Assembly: GCA_963707215.1 (NCBI GenBank)
Contig: CAVPPB010000001.1
Span: 640,001 to 704,000 of the forward strand
Reading direction: 5' to 3'
DNA length: 64,000 nucleotides
Source of the DNA: an uncultured Chloroflexia bacterium
GTDB taxonomy: Bacteria; Chloroflexota; Limnocylindria; Limnocylindrales; CSP1-4
Numbering within the stretch: the first letter of the stretch is position 1; every line of letters begins with the position of its first letter. The notes under the pieces were generated by a model, which was not told the DNA's origin, did no database searches, and saw nothing but the letters and a program-made list of their open reading frames with translations. A program made the position numbers and the translations under genes. Below are positions 51,243 to 62,895 of this stretch, in pieces.

Positions 51243-52247
51243 ATGATCGTCGAGCCGACCCCAGCCAGGCCGCCAGGCAGACGGCCGCCCGTCGTCGCGG
51301 CGGCCGTCGCCGTCGTCGCCGTCCTGGTCGCGGTGATCGCCGCCGGCTCGCTGGGGCCCGACGCTCCACCGCCCCCACCCGAGGCGGTCGCCAGGGATGG
51401 CGAGGCTCGGATCAGCCCGCCGGCCAGCCCGTCCGACGACCCGTCCATCCAGGACCCCGGCTTCCCGGCGGAGGTCCTCGGCCTGCCGGTCCGCGATGTC
51501 GTCGCCGTCGTCGACGGGCGCCGGGCCGAGGGCCTGACCGGGCTGGTGGCCGTCGCCGGCTACCTGACCGTCGCCGGGCGACCCAGCGAGTGCCTGCCGG
51601 CGATGACCGGCTCGCAGACCCCGGCAGCCGGTATGACCCGTCCGTTCTGCCGTCGCGAGGCGGTCATCGCCTCCACCCCTGAGGGCGCGTCCGGCGATCC
51701 CGAGCGGGAGCCGTCGGCATGGGCCCGCGGCCCCCACCTCCACGCCCAGGTCGTCCCGGGGACGTCGCTCCCGTACTCGGTCGAGCCGCCGTTCGGCAAC
51801 GACCGGCGCGACGCCGTCCCGGTCGTCGTCCTGGCCAGCTTCGACGACGGGCGCGCCCGGACGATCGGCTGCGGCCAGGAGGTCTTCTACTGCTTCGAGA
51901 CCCTGACCATCGAGCGGGTCCTCTGGGCGGAGGGTCGTTGGCAGGACCGGCGGCGGGCGCTCGACCCTGGGTTGGAGGCAGGGCCCCGCCTGGGCGGCCG
52001 GGAGCGCCTGTTGATCACCTCGACCGTGCTGCCCGGCAGCGGCCCGGTGCTGGGCGAGACGCTCCTGCGGCGGGATGCCCTTGCGATCGTCGACCCGCTC
52101 GCGCATGCCGAGGCCGGCCCGACGGAGCGGCCCGTCTGGTACCTCCGTCTGCTCGCCTCGCCGTCGTCGGACGGCGGCCGACGGGTCGCCTGGCTCGTCC
52201 TGGAGGATGTCAGCGGGCGGATCCTGGCCCGCGGCGACGCCGGCTAG
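51243..52247 (+). CDS. membrane-anchored hypothetical protein
   Basis: N-terminal TM helix, Pro-rich linker, four Cys. Confidence 0.6.
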   Translation: MIVEPTPARPPGRRPPVVAAAVAVVAVLVAVIAAGSLGPDAPPPPPEAVARDGEARISPPASPSDDPSIQDPGFPAEVLGLPVRDVVAVVDGRRAEGLTGLVAVAGYLTVAGRPSECLPAMTGSQTPAAGMTRPFCRREAVIASTPEGASGDPEREPSAWARGPHLHAQVVPGTSLPYSVEPPFGNDRRDAVPVVVLASFDDGRARTIGCGQEVFYCFETLTIERVLWAEGRWQDRRRALDPGLEAGPRLGGRERLLITSTVLPGSGPVLGETLLRRDALAIVDPLAHAEAGPTERPVWYLRLLASPSSDGGRRVAWLVLEDVSGRILARGDAG

Positions 52248-52254
52248 ATCCGCG

Positions 52255-53698
52255 TCAGGCGAGCTCGGGATCGGCCCAGGCCAGGCGGCCGTCGGCGACG
52301 GTGAGGAGGACCCGGCCGGGCAGCTCCTGACCGAGCAGCGGCGTGTTCCGTCCCTTCGTGGCGAGGGCCGCGTCATCGACCGTCCAGGTCGCCGACCGAT
52401 CGAAGACGACAAGATCCGCGGGTGCTCCTTCGACGAGGCCGACGGACCGACCGAGCCGCTCGCCCAGGATCGCCGCCGGACCGGAGGTCAGCGCCGCCAT
52501 CGCACGCCCCAGCGAAAGACGGTCGGCATCGACGGCCGCGAGCAGGACGCCGAGCGCGGTCTCGAGCCCCGCGATCCCGTTGGACGCCCAGCCGAACTCG
52601 ACCTCCTTGTCCACCTGTGCGTGGGGCGCATGGTCGGTCGCCACGGCGTCGGCCGTCCCATCCGCCAGCGCGGCCAGCACCGCGGCCGCGTCGACGGCCG
52701 ACCGGAGCGGCGGATCCACCCGGCACGACGGGTCGTACGGGTGGGCGACGAGCGCCCCGTCTGCCCACGGGTCTCGGGCTCGACCGTCGGCTCCCAGGGC
52801 CTCCCAGGACCAGCGCCGCGCGCCGGCGACCCACTCGTCGGTCAACGCCAGGTGGTGCGGTGTCACATCGCAGGTGACCGGCAACCCGCGCGCCCTGGCC
52901 GCCCGGACCTGGTCGAGGGCGGCGGCGGTCGACAGGTGGGTGAGATGCAGGCGCGCGGTCGGCACGTCGCTCAGGACACCTCCCAGCACGGCGATGTCTC
53001 GAGCGACGGCAGCGGCCTCGCCGGCGACCGGCCAGCCCCTCAGGCCGAGGACGGTCGCCACGAACCCCTCGTTGGCCTCGGCGCCCTTCGTCTGCGACGG
53101 GTCCTCGGCGTGTTCGACGATCGGCAGGCCGAGCGCCCCGGCATAGGCCAGGGAATGGCGCAGGATGGCGGCCGAAGCGACCGGAGAGCCGTCGTCCGAG
53201 AAGCCGACCACCCCGGCATCGGCCAGCTCCCCCATCGCCGAGAGCTGCTCCCCACCCCGGCCCCGCGTCACGGCCCCATAGGCGAGCAGCCGGACCGGCG
53301 ATCCGCTGCGTGCGGCCGACGACCGCATCAGCTCGAGGACCGCGACCTCGTCGAGCGTCGGGTCCGTGTCGGGCATCGCCGCGACCGCCGTGAACCCGCC
53401 ATGGGCCGCTGCCAGCAGGCCGCTGGCGAGCGTCTCCGCGTCCTCGTTGCCGGGTTCGCGGAGGTGGACGTGGAGGTCGATGAAGGCGGGGGCCACGATG
53501 ACGCCCCGGTCGTCGACACCGCTTGCCTCGTCGCCCTCCAGCCAGGTGACCGCCTCGACGATACCGTCGCGGACGACGATCTCGCCGGGCCCTTCGCGTC
53601 CGCCGGCAGGATCGACGAGCCAGGCCCGACCCAGCTCCAGGTCCATGATCGTCTCGCCGGCCGCCAGGATCGCCCCGGAGCGGACGGGTCGCCCCGGC

Positions 53699-53709
<11 letters not shown>
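52255..53709 (-). CDS. pyrC: dihydroorotase
   Basis: DLHVHLREPG, FSDDG, EHAED, TPHHL, TDHAPH, NTP. Confidence 0.9.
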
Positions 53710-55361
<1,652 letters not shown>

Positions 55362-55391
55362 CTGATGGCAGTCTAGCGCAGGCGGCCGGGC

Positions 55392-55946
55392 TCAGTAGAC
55401 GTGGACGGTCACGCTGGTCGTCCCCGACCACGAAGGGCAGCCACAGATGGCGAAGAAGTCGGCCCGCTGCAGGTCGATGATCCGACCCTTCCCGAACGGG
55501 CCGTAGTCGTTGACCGTCCGCACCAGGCAGCCGCTGGGTCCGCAGACCCGGATCACCGTCCCGCGGGGCAGGCGCATGGCGGTCGTGCCGTTGTCGTAGA
55601 ACGTGGCGATGCCGGTGAGGGTGTAGCGGCCCGGCTTCCACTCCGAGCCCGCCTTCGGCGCGGGAGCCGCGATCGACGGGCGAGCGAGCGGCGGGAGCGG
55701 CACCTCGCCAGCCTCCACGAAGGGCGCAGTGGGGTCGAGATGGCCCGCGGAGATGAAGCTCGGATCCGCCTGCGGCGCCGAACGCGTGGCCTGAGCGATC
55801 CCGGAGGCCCCGGTGACGAGCCGGAGGTCGAGCAGCTCGGGGACGCTCCGATCCCCGGGACGGGCCGCCCCCGTGATAGCCGGCAGGGCGATCAGGGCGG
55901 TGGCCGTCGTGACGATCACGACGGTGGCAAGTCGACGGGCACGCAT
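55392..55946 (-). CDS. RlpA-like double-psi beta-barrel secreted protein
   Basis: GIATFY, LPRGT, VNDYGPF, RIIDL; signal peptide. Confidence 0.8.
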   Translation of the reverse strand: MRARRLATVVIVTTATALIALPAITGAARPGDRSVPELLDLRLVTGASGIAQATRSAPQADPSFISAGHLDPTAPFVEAGEVPLPPLARPSIAAPAPKAGSEWKPGRYTLTGIATFYDNGTTAMRLPRGTVIRVCGPSGCLVRTVNDYGPFGKGRIIDLQRADFFAICGCPSWSGTTSVTVHVY

Positions 55947-55982
55947 CGGCCCGGGACCCTACCGCACCGCTCCGGTCCAGGA

Positions 55983-55991
55983 TGTGGATAA
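55983..55991 (-). promoter_or_regulatory. DnaA box
   Basis: Exact TTATCCACA in the intergenic region. Confidence 0.55.
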
Positions 55992-56053
55992 CTCGGGCTG
56001 TCCCGGCTGGTGAGCGCGGACCTGCGCCCTGCGGGCGCCGCTGAGCGCTCAGG

Positions 56054-57841
56054 TCAGCGGACCACGAGGACCGGCGCGTCGTCCTGCCCGGGCTGCGACT
56101 CGGCCCGGCCGGCGTTGCCACCAGTCCAGGCTACGACGACGACCCGGCTTCCCTGCCCGTCCTGGCCGGGTGGCACCGCGAATGCCAGGCGGCCCTCGCG
56201 GATCGAGAAGCCGGGGAGCGCCACCGCCTCGTCGAGCAGCGGTCCGTCGGGATCGAGCCGCCCCGAGACCCGATCGATCCCGTGGAGCGACAGCGACCCG
56301 ACCGCAGGATCGACCGCATCGGCGATCCACAGGCCGAAGTGGCTGCCGTCCTCGTCCCAGCGGACATCCCAATCCACGAGCGGGCCCGTCGCCAGGCCGA
56401 TCTCCCCCGACACGATCGGCGCGGGTGATGCGGACGGGGCAGCCGAGGCGAACGGGTCCGCGGTCACACTCGGCAACCACCCGGGTGCGAGCTCGGCGAG
56501 GACCAGGCGGCCCTCGTCGGCGACCCAGTCGGCACCATCCGGACCGGCGACCAGCGATCCCCGCCAGAAGACGACCCGGGTGCCGGTGGGATCGATGACC
56601 GGTCGCCAGATGTCGCCGCCCGGAAGGTCGACCTCGTCGCCGGTCGACGGGTCGATCAGCAGCGAGACCACCGCCGGCCCGGTCGGGTCCGGCGATGCTT
56701 CCCCGTCGCCCGGCAACAGGACGCGGCTGGCGAGCACGCGTTCACCGAGCCAGCCCGCGAAGACGGTCGCATGGTCCGATGTGAGCGGCACGGCAGCAGC
56801 GCTCCCAAGCTCCCAGAGATAGACGTCGGGACCTTGGCTGCCGTCGTCCGGGCGAGCGGAGAAGGCGAACCAGCGACCATCCGGCGAGAAGCCGGCAGCC
56901 TGACCGACCACGATGACGTCGGAGGCGATGGCAAGGACGTTCGGATCGGCCGTCGGGCTCGGCGATGCCTCCGGGCTCGAGGTGACGTCCGGACTGGCCG
57001 CCGGCGACGCGGAGGGGGCCGCCGTCGGTGAGGGGGATGGGGCCGCTGACGGGTCGGGCGACGGGACCGCGGATGGATCCGTCGACGGGGTGGCCGACGG
57101 TCCTGGCGAAGGTGAGGGCGATGCCCCCGCGCCCAACGTCACGACCAGGACCGAACCACCGCTGCGGGCGTTGGTCGCGTCCACCACGGCGACGTTCGAG
57201 CCGGGCGGTGCGGCCACGATGCTCCTGGGCAATGTGGACAGCGCGAGTGGTTCGGCGCTCGGTGCATCGATCGCCGGGCAGTCCGGCCGGATCTCCGGTC
57301 GGCAGACCTGCTCGACCGCCGCGAGGGCCACGGCGTACGTGCCATCGTCCTGGCGCTGCAGCCAGCTCACATCGCCGACCGCCACTTCGAGCGGGGTCGG
57401 GCGGGGTGTCCCGGCGGGCGACGGCTCTGCCACGGTCGTGGGCAGGGGCAGGCTCGGGGAGGCCTCGACATCGGGGATGCCGGGTCGCGAGAGCACCGAG
57501 GTCCCGACGACGACGGCGACGACGAGGGCGCCGGCGAGGGCGCCGTAGGGCACCAGGGCGGACCGTCCGCGTGACCGGCCCGAGTCCGCATCGATGGCGG
57601 TCCTCGTCCTGGCCCATAGGTCGCGCGGCGGCTCCGGCCGCGGTTGGGCACGAAGGAGCGCCCGCTGGCGCTCGTAGGCGGCGGCAGACACCCGGCAGGC
57701 TTCACAAGCGAGGTGGTGACGCTCCAGCCAGGCAAGATCGTCGTGCGAGAGCGGGCCGAGAAGCGCGTCCGAGGCGAGACCCCGGGCACGATGATGGTCG
57801 TCGCGCGGCTCGCGGCGCGAACCGGGCAGGAAGGGTGTCAT
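56054..57841 (-). CDS. zf-HC2 anti-sigma factor with extracytoplasmic beta-propeller-like region
   Basis: HLACEAC, TM helix, Pro/Ser linker, FSPDGRWFAF (PD40/TolB-like). Confidence 0.82.
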   Translation of the reverse strand: MTPFLPGSRREPRDDHHRARGLASDALLGPLSHDDLAWLERHHLACEACRVSAAAYERQRALLRAQPRPEPPRDLWARTRTAIDADSGRSRGRSALVPYGALAGALVVAVVVGTSVLSRPGIPDVEASPSLPLPTTVAEPSPAGTPRPTPLEVAVGDVSWLQRQDDGTYAVALAAVEQVCRPEIRPDCPAIDAPSAEPLALSTLPRSIVAAPPGSNVAVVDATNARSGGSVLVVTLGAGASPSPSPGPSATPSTDPSAVPSPDPSAAPSPSPTAAPSASPAASPDVTSSPEASPSPTADPNVLAIASDVIVVGQAAGFSPDGRWFAFSARPDDGSQGPDVYLWELGSAAAVPLTSDHATVFAGWLGERVLASRVLLPGDGEASPDPTGPAVVSLLIDPSTGDEVDLPGGDIWRPVIDPTGTRVVFWRGSLVAGPDGADWVADEGRLVLAELAPGWLPSVTADPFASAAPSASPAPIVSGEIGLATGPLVDWDVRWDEDGSHFGLWIADAVDPAVGSLSLHGIDRVSGRLDPDGPLLDEAVALPGFSIREGRLAFAVPPGQDGQGSRVVVVAWTGGNAGRAESQPGQDDAPVLVVR

Positions 57842-58509
57842 CGGGGACCCGCCCGGTGCTCGTCGCGAGCGCCATAGGCGGCGTCGAGGGCCGCTTCCCG
57901 CTCCGCGGTCTGGCGCTCCTCGTCGGCGAGCGCCCGACGAAGGGACTCGCGGGCGCGAGTGAGCAGGGCTCGGGCAGCCACGTGACTCACGCCCAGCACC
58001 TCGGCCAGCTCCAGGCCGGTGAGGTCGTGGACCTCGGCCAGGATGAGCGCTTCACGCTGGCGCTCAGGGATCCGCGCCAGCGCGTTGGCGAGCTCACCCG
58101 AGAGCTGGAGGTCCATCGCCAGCCGCTCCGCGGACGGGGCGGCTCCACGCGACTCGCCGGTCCAGGGGACGAAGCGCAGGATCTTGCGCCTGCGGATGTC
58201 GTCCAGGGCGACCCGGTGAGCGATCTGGTACAGCCATGCGCGGGCGTTCTCGGGCTTCTCGAGCGTGGCGTGCGCGCGATAGGCCTTGACGAACGCGTCC
58301 TGGGCGAGGTCCGAGGCAAGGTCCGGGTCGCGGACCATCCGCAGCAGGTACGCGAAGATCTCACCGTGGTGCTTCGCGAAGAGCTCCTCGATGAACGAGT
58401 CTGCCGCCGTCCGGTTGGCCTGGTTCACGACCAGGGTTCCGGGGAAGGCGAGGACGCCGACCGTGGCGTCGCCTGGGACCATCGTCGCTCCCGAGCGGGA
58501 TGTGGACAT
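57838..58509 (-). CDS. ECF sigma factor
   Basis: DLAQDAFVKA, AWLYQIAHR, QREALIL, LTRARESLR. Start approximate. Confidence 0.92.
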   Translation of the reverse strand: MSTSRSGATMVPGDATVGVLAFPGTLVVNQANRTAADSFIEELFAKHHGEIFAYLLRMVRDPDLASDLAQDAFVKAYRAHATLEKPENARAWLYQIAHRVALDDIRRRKILRFVPWTGESRGAAPSAERLAMDLQLSGELANALARIPERQREALILAEVHDLTGLELAEVLGVSHVAARALLTRARESLRRALADEERQTAEREAALDAAYGARDEHRAGPR

Positions 58510-58547
58510 GGACCCGGTCGGAGAGGCCGGGTCATCGGTGCCGGAGG

Positions 58548-58573
58548 GACGATGGGGCGACCGGCCCTGTGAC
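58548..58573 (-). promoter_or_regulatory. ECF-type promoter
   Basis: GTCACA-16 nt-CGTC upstream of the sigma gene. Confidence 0.5.
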
Positions 58574-58600
58574 GGTGGGTGGCGCCGCGACGCGATGCCG

Positions 58601-59605
58601 TCATGGGCTTCGCCTGCCGTGCGGATCAACGGCGTCCTGGGCGTCGGCGAGGAGCTCCTCGACGGCGTCCTCCGGGGCCACCGGATTGACCGGCAGGCCG
58701 GTCCCCAGCTCGAGGCCGGCGATCTCGCGCAGCCTCGGATGGACCTCCCAGTGCCAGTGGTAGGTGGTGTCCACATGCTCCCGTAGCGGCGCGGTATGGA
58801 GCACGAGGTTGTACGGCGGGTGATCGAGGGCCGCGAGGCTGCCCAGCACCTGGCGCAGGGCCTCGGCGGTGGAGGCGATATCGGCCTCCGTCGTTCGGCC
58901 GAAGTCGGACTCGTGGCGCCGCGGGACGATCCACACCTCGAACGGGGAGCGCGAAGCGTAGGGAGCGAAAGCGACGCTTGCGTCGTCCTGCCAGAGGAGG
59001 CGGCCTCCCACACGGACCTCGTCGCGCACGAGCCGGCAGAACGGGCACTCGCCCTCGCGGATGACGAACCGAGCCGAGCCACCCAGCTCCTCGCCGATGC
59101 GGTGGGGAACCTGCGGCAACTCGTAGAGGTCGAGGCACAGGTGGTTCGTCCGGGCCCCCGCCTGCCGCCCCCAGTTCTGGACGACCTGGACGTACTCGAC
59201 CTGCTCTGCATCGCGGACGCCGTCAAGGGCCGTCCGGGTCGCCGCCAGCAGCTCGCCGATCAGGGCGCTGCCGACGGCGTGGAGGGGCCGGTGCTCACCG
59301 GGCGGCGCCACCACGGTCCGCCAACCGCCGACCGCCCGTGCCTGGGCGAGACTGAGCTGGGCGAGGCCGCGGTCGAGCGCACGAGCCTCGTCCTCGGTGC
59401 CGACCACGTTGAAGGCGGCCTCCTTGAGGTTCCGGACCCGGACGCCGTCGCCGGGCGGCTCGACGCAGTTGGCGCAGTGGCCGTCGTCCGCGACCGGCTC
59501 GGCGGCAAGGCGGAACCGTTCTCGATCGAACTCGCGGTCCACGATCGTCGCGACCCACCAGCCGGTGATCGCGTCCTTGCGGAGCTCGAAGAGCCCGGCG
59601 CCCAC
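58601..59605 (-). CDS. GalT/HIT-superfamily nucleotidyltransferase-like protein
   Basis: ELRKDAITGWW, CANC, NWGRQAGA, CPFC, FEVWIVP, YHWHWE, AGLELGTG. Confidence 0.85.
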   Translation of the reverse strand: MGAGLFELRKDAITGWWVATIVDREFDRERFRLAAEPVADDGHCANCVEPPGDGVRVRNLKEAAFNVVGTEDEARALDRGLAQLSLAQARAVGGWRTVVAPPGEHRPLHAVGSALIGELLAATRTALDGVRDAEQVEYVQVVQNWGRQAGARTNHLCLDLYELPQVPHRIGEELGGSARFVIREGECPFCRLVRDEVRVGGRLLWQDDASVAFAPYASRSPFEVWIVPRRHESDFGRTTEADIASTAEALRQVLGSLAALDHPPYNLVLHTAPLREHVDTTYHWHWEVHPRLREIAGLELGTGLPVNPVAPEDAVEELLADAQDAVDPHGRRSP

Positions 59606-59608
59606 CGC

Positions 59609-60394
59609 TCAGGCCCCGACCGCGCGCAGGAGGGCCAGGCTCCGCTGCGGATCGGCATCGGGCGGCAACGTCCCAGCCAGCGGCGCCCCGAGCCGACGTG
59701 CCAGCGCGGGGCCGAAGACGGCCGCGGCCCGGGCGACCGACGACGTCGACGGCGGCTCGGCGGTGCGGCCGACCTCCTCGGCGATCGAGGTGGAGACGAC
59801 GCCCGGCAGGCCGCACGGGTCGATGAGATCGAAGTCAGCCAGCTCGGTCGTGACGTTGAGGGCGACGCCGTGGTAGCTGACGCCGCGCTCCACTCGGAGT
59901 CCGAGGGCGCCGATCTTGCGAGGCGCGGCGGTGCCGACGGCCACCCAGCAGCCGGGGTGCCCGTCGCGGCGCTCCGCGTCGACGACGCCAAGGGCCGAGC
60001 AAGTGTCGATCATCGCCCCTTCGAGGGCCCGTACCAGGGGGCGCAGCAGGAGACCGCGCGCACCGAGCTTGATGATCGGATAGGCGACCAGCTGGCCCGG
60101 GCCATGGTAGGTGACCTCTCCCCCGCGCTCGACCCGGATGACCTCCAGGTCGAGGTCCCGCAGCTCCCGAGAGGTGGCGCGGATGAACCGCTCGTCGGCC
60201 TGCCGACCGAGCGTCAGGACGGCCGGATGCTCGAGGAGCAGGAGCGTGTCGCCGATGCGATCGTCGGACCGGGCCGCGGCCAGCTGCCGCTGGAGGTCCC
60301 AGGCGTCCCGGTAGGCGATCCGGCCGAGCCAGTGCGTTTCCAGGGCATCGCGCCCGGTCGGAGGCAGGACCGAGGCCGGTGCGAGCGTCTCCAC
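59609..60394 (-). CDS. lipB: lipoyl(octanoyl) transferase
   Basis: LEHPAVLTLGR, RGGEVTYHGPGQLVAY, KIGALG, HGVALN, PCG. Confidence 0.96.
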   Translation of the reverse strand: METLAPASVLPPTGRDALETHWLGRIAYRDAWDLQRQLAAARSDDRIGDTLLLLEHPAVLTLGRQADERFIRATSRELRDLDLEVIRVERGGEVTYHGPGQLVAYPIIKLGARGLLLRPLVRALEGAMIDTCSALGVVDAERRDGHPGCWVAVGTAAPRKIGALGLRVERGVSYHGVALNVTTELADFDLIDPCGLPGVVSTSIAEEVGRTAEPPSTSSVARAAAVFGPALARRLGAPLAGTLPPDADPQRSLALLRAVGA

Positions 60395-60455
60395 GGCGGC
60401 ACGATAGCAGCCGCGGCGACCAGAGGCTGCGCACCGGATCTGGCCGGCGGTCGCC

Positions 60456-61313
60456 CTAGCCCCGAGCCGCCTGCTCCTCGCTGAGGCTCTTCCAGAGCCG
60501 ATGACGCAGCTCGGCGAACTCCGGCGTCTCCATCAGCGGCTCTCCGCGGTCCGAACGCTCGAACGGGACGTCGACGATCTCCTTGACCCGGCCCGGCCGA
60601 GCGGTCATGACGATCACGGTGTCGGCCAGCAGGATCGCCTCGTCAAGGTCGTGGGTGACGAAGACGGACGTGGCCCCGGGCCGTGCGGCGAGGATCCGGA
60701 TCAGCTCGAACTGCATGATCCGACGGGTGAGCGCGTCAAGCGCCCCGAACGGCTCGTCCATCAGCAGGATCTCGGGCTCGACGGTCAGGGTCCGGGCGAT
60801 CCCGACCCGCTGCTGCATGCCGCCGGAGAGCTGGTGGGGGAAGGTCCGCTCGAAGCCCTTCAGGCCGACCAGGTCGATGTTGACCTGGGCCCGAGCGTAC
60901 CGCTCGTCCTTGCCGACGCCGCGGATCTCCAACCCGAAGGCGACGTTGTCGATCACCGACCGCCAGGGATACAGGCCGAAGTCCTGGAAGATGAAGCCGC
61001 ACTCGCGCCGAGGCCTCGTCACCTGCTCGCCGTTCACCAGGATCTTGCCCGCGTCGGCCCGGACCAGCCCATCCATCATCCGGAGGGCCGTCGTCTTGCC
61101 GCAGCCGCTGGGGCCCACGATCGTGACGAACCGCCCCTCCTCGACCGTGAAGCTGAGGTCGTCGAGGGCGGTGACCTCGACCGTCTGCGGGCGAGGATCC
61201 GGCATGAGACGCCCCAGGAACGTGTCACGGCGCTTGACCGTGCGATAGGTCTTGATGACGTTCTCGAGGACGATCTTCGCCAGCGGGTCGGATCGGGTCG
61301 CTGGATCAGGCAT
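60456..61313 (-). CDS. NitT/TauT family ABC transporter ATPase
   Basis: GPSGCGKT, LSGGMQQR, LMDEPFGALD, VTHD. Confidence 0.95.
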   Translation of the reverse strand: MPDPATRSDPLAKIVLENVIKTYRTVKRRDTFLGRLMPDPRPQTVEVTALDDLSFTVEEGRFVTIVGPSGCGKTTALRMMDGLVRADAGKILVNGEQVTRPRRECGFIFQDFGLYPWRSVIDNVAFGLEIRGVGKDERYARAQVNIDLVGLKGFERTFPHQLSGGMQQRVGIARTLTVEPEILLMDEPFGALDALTRRIMQFELIRILAARPGATSVFVTHDLDEAILLADTVIVMTARPGRVKEIVDVPFERSDRGEPLMETPEFAELRHRLWKSLSEEQAARG

Positions 61314-62070
61314 CCGCGCCTCCCCCATCGATGGTCAGGCCATGGCGCCACGGCGCGACGGAGTCCTCGACCCGCTGGAGGATCGCGACGGCGGTGACGC
61401 CCAGCAGCATGACGAAGAGGACGACCGCCAGGACGGTCGCCAGGTCCAGGGTCGCTCCGGCGATCTTGAGCAGGTAGCCGATGCCGGTCAGCGAGGCGAT
61501 GAGCAGCTCGGACACGACCATCCCCTGGATGGCCAGACCGACCCCCAGCCGGAGGGCCGTGAAGATGAACGGGATCTCGTGGGGGATCAGGACCTTCCAG
61601 AAGATCTGGCGCTCGGAGGCGACGTAGGTCCGGGCGACCTCGACCAGGGTCGTCGGGGTGCTCTTGGCCCCCTGGTAGGCGACGATGGCCACCTGGGGGA
61701 CCGTGAACAGGAAGATGAAGACGATCCGGACCTGCTCGTCGATCCCGAACCAGAGGACCAGCAGTGGGACGATCGCCGAGAACGGCATGACGTAGAGCGC
61801 CGTCAGGTACGGGTCGACGGCTCGTCCGAGCCACGAGCGCACCCCCATCATGATCCCGAGCGGGATGCCGAAGAAGACGGCCAGCAGGCCGCCGATGGCG
61901 AACGACGAGAGGGTGACCGAGAGGGCCGAGAGCAGCTTGCCGCTGCCGAGCAGGTCGAAGAAGGAGTCGAGGACGGCCCCCGGGCCGGGCAGCCCGAACT
62001 CCGAGGCACCGAGGCTCAGGAGCCACCAGATCCCCAGCAAGCCGATCAGCGATCCGATCCGGGCGATCAT
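61306..62070 (-). CDS. NitT/TauT ABC permease
   Basis: PLLVLWFG, EVARTY, RLGVG. Confidence 0.9.
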   Translation of the reverse strand: MIARIGSLIGLLGIWWLLSLGASEFGLPGPGAVLDSFFDLLGSGKLLSALSVTLSSFAIGGLLAVFFGIPLGIMMGVRSWLGRAVDPYLTALYVMPFSAIVPLLVLWFGIDEQVRIVFIFLFTVPQVAIVAYQGAKSTPTTLVEVARTYVASERQIFWKVLIPHEIPFIFTALRLGVGLAIQGMVVSELLIASLTGIGYLLKIAGATLDLATVLAVVLFVMLLGVTAVAILQRVEDSVAPWRHGLTIDGGGADA

Positions 62071-62879
62071 GTCGTCTGCCGCCAGGGAGCGATCGCGGTC
62101 TCGACTCGAGCGACCGCGGCCTGCAGCACCACGCCGAGCAGGAGCAGGAAGATCAGCACGGCGATCAGCGAGGCGCTGTCGAATTCGTGGGCGAAGCCGG
62201 AGAGCATCAGGCCGAGGCCGGTGATCGAGACCACGAGCTCGGCGAGGACCGTTCCCTTCACCGCACGGCCGAGGCCGAGTCGGATGGCGGTGACGATGTA
62301 GGGGACGGCGTGGGGGATGACGGTCATCGAGAAGACCTGGCGGGACGAGGCCCCGAAGACCCGCGCCACCTCGACGAAGGTCCTGGGGGTCTCGCGAGCA
62401 CCGCGGTAGCAGGTCAGCGTGATGACCGGCGCCGAGAAGACGAAGACCGTGGCGATCCGTGGCTCCAGGCCGATCCCGAACCACCAGACGAACAGCGGCG
62501 TGAGCGCCGAGACGGGAGCCACGTACAGCCCGTTCACGTACGGGCCGAAGATGTGCTCCACGCTCTTGTTGGCGCCCATGGCGATGCCGAGCGGCGCCCC
62601 CACGACCAGGGCCAGGAACGCGCCGAGGACGAGCGCCGACATGCTCAGGGCAAGCGCCTGCCAGACCTCGCCGGTGACGAAGGTCAGCTCGAAGAAGCGG
62701 GAGAAGACGGCGAACGGACCCGGCACCAGGTAGGCCGGTTGGTCGATGGACAGGATGGCCCAGACGACCAGCAGGATGGCGCCGAGGACCAGCGGCGGGA
62801 CGAGCAACCGCCGCCCGAGGCGCGGAGCCGACCGCCAGGCCGCCGAGCGGCCTGGCGAGTCGGCGCGGGCGAGACTCAC
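62067..62879 (-). CDS. NitT/TauT ABC permease
   Basis: WWFGIG, EVARVFGAS, RLGLGRAVKG. Confidence 0.9.
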   Translation of the reverse strand: MSLARADSPGRSAAWRSAPRLGRRLLVPPLVLGAILLVVWAILSIDQPAYLVPGPFAVFSRFFELTFVTGEVWQALALSMSALVLGAFLALVVGAPLGIAMGANKSVEHIFGPYVNGLYVAPVSALTPLFVWWFGIGLEPRIATVFVFSAPVITLTCYRGARETPRTFVEVARVFGASSRQVFSMTVIPHAVPYIVTAIRLGLGRAVKGTVLAELVVSITGLGLMLSGFAHEFDSASLIAVLIFLLLLGVVLQAAVARVETAIAPWRQTT

Positions 62880-62895
62880 GGGGCGGGTCGCTGGC

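Noticed and set aside
55947-56053. oriC or c-di-AMP riboswitch upstream of the RlpA-like gene
   Set aside because: Only one DnaA box, no AT-rich unwinding element, and no ydaO consensus.
56950-57130. Repetitive sequence in the anti-sigma gene (also PDE repeats near 20210-20235)
   Set aside because: These encode ordinary Pro/Ser/Ala linkers.
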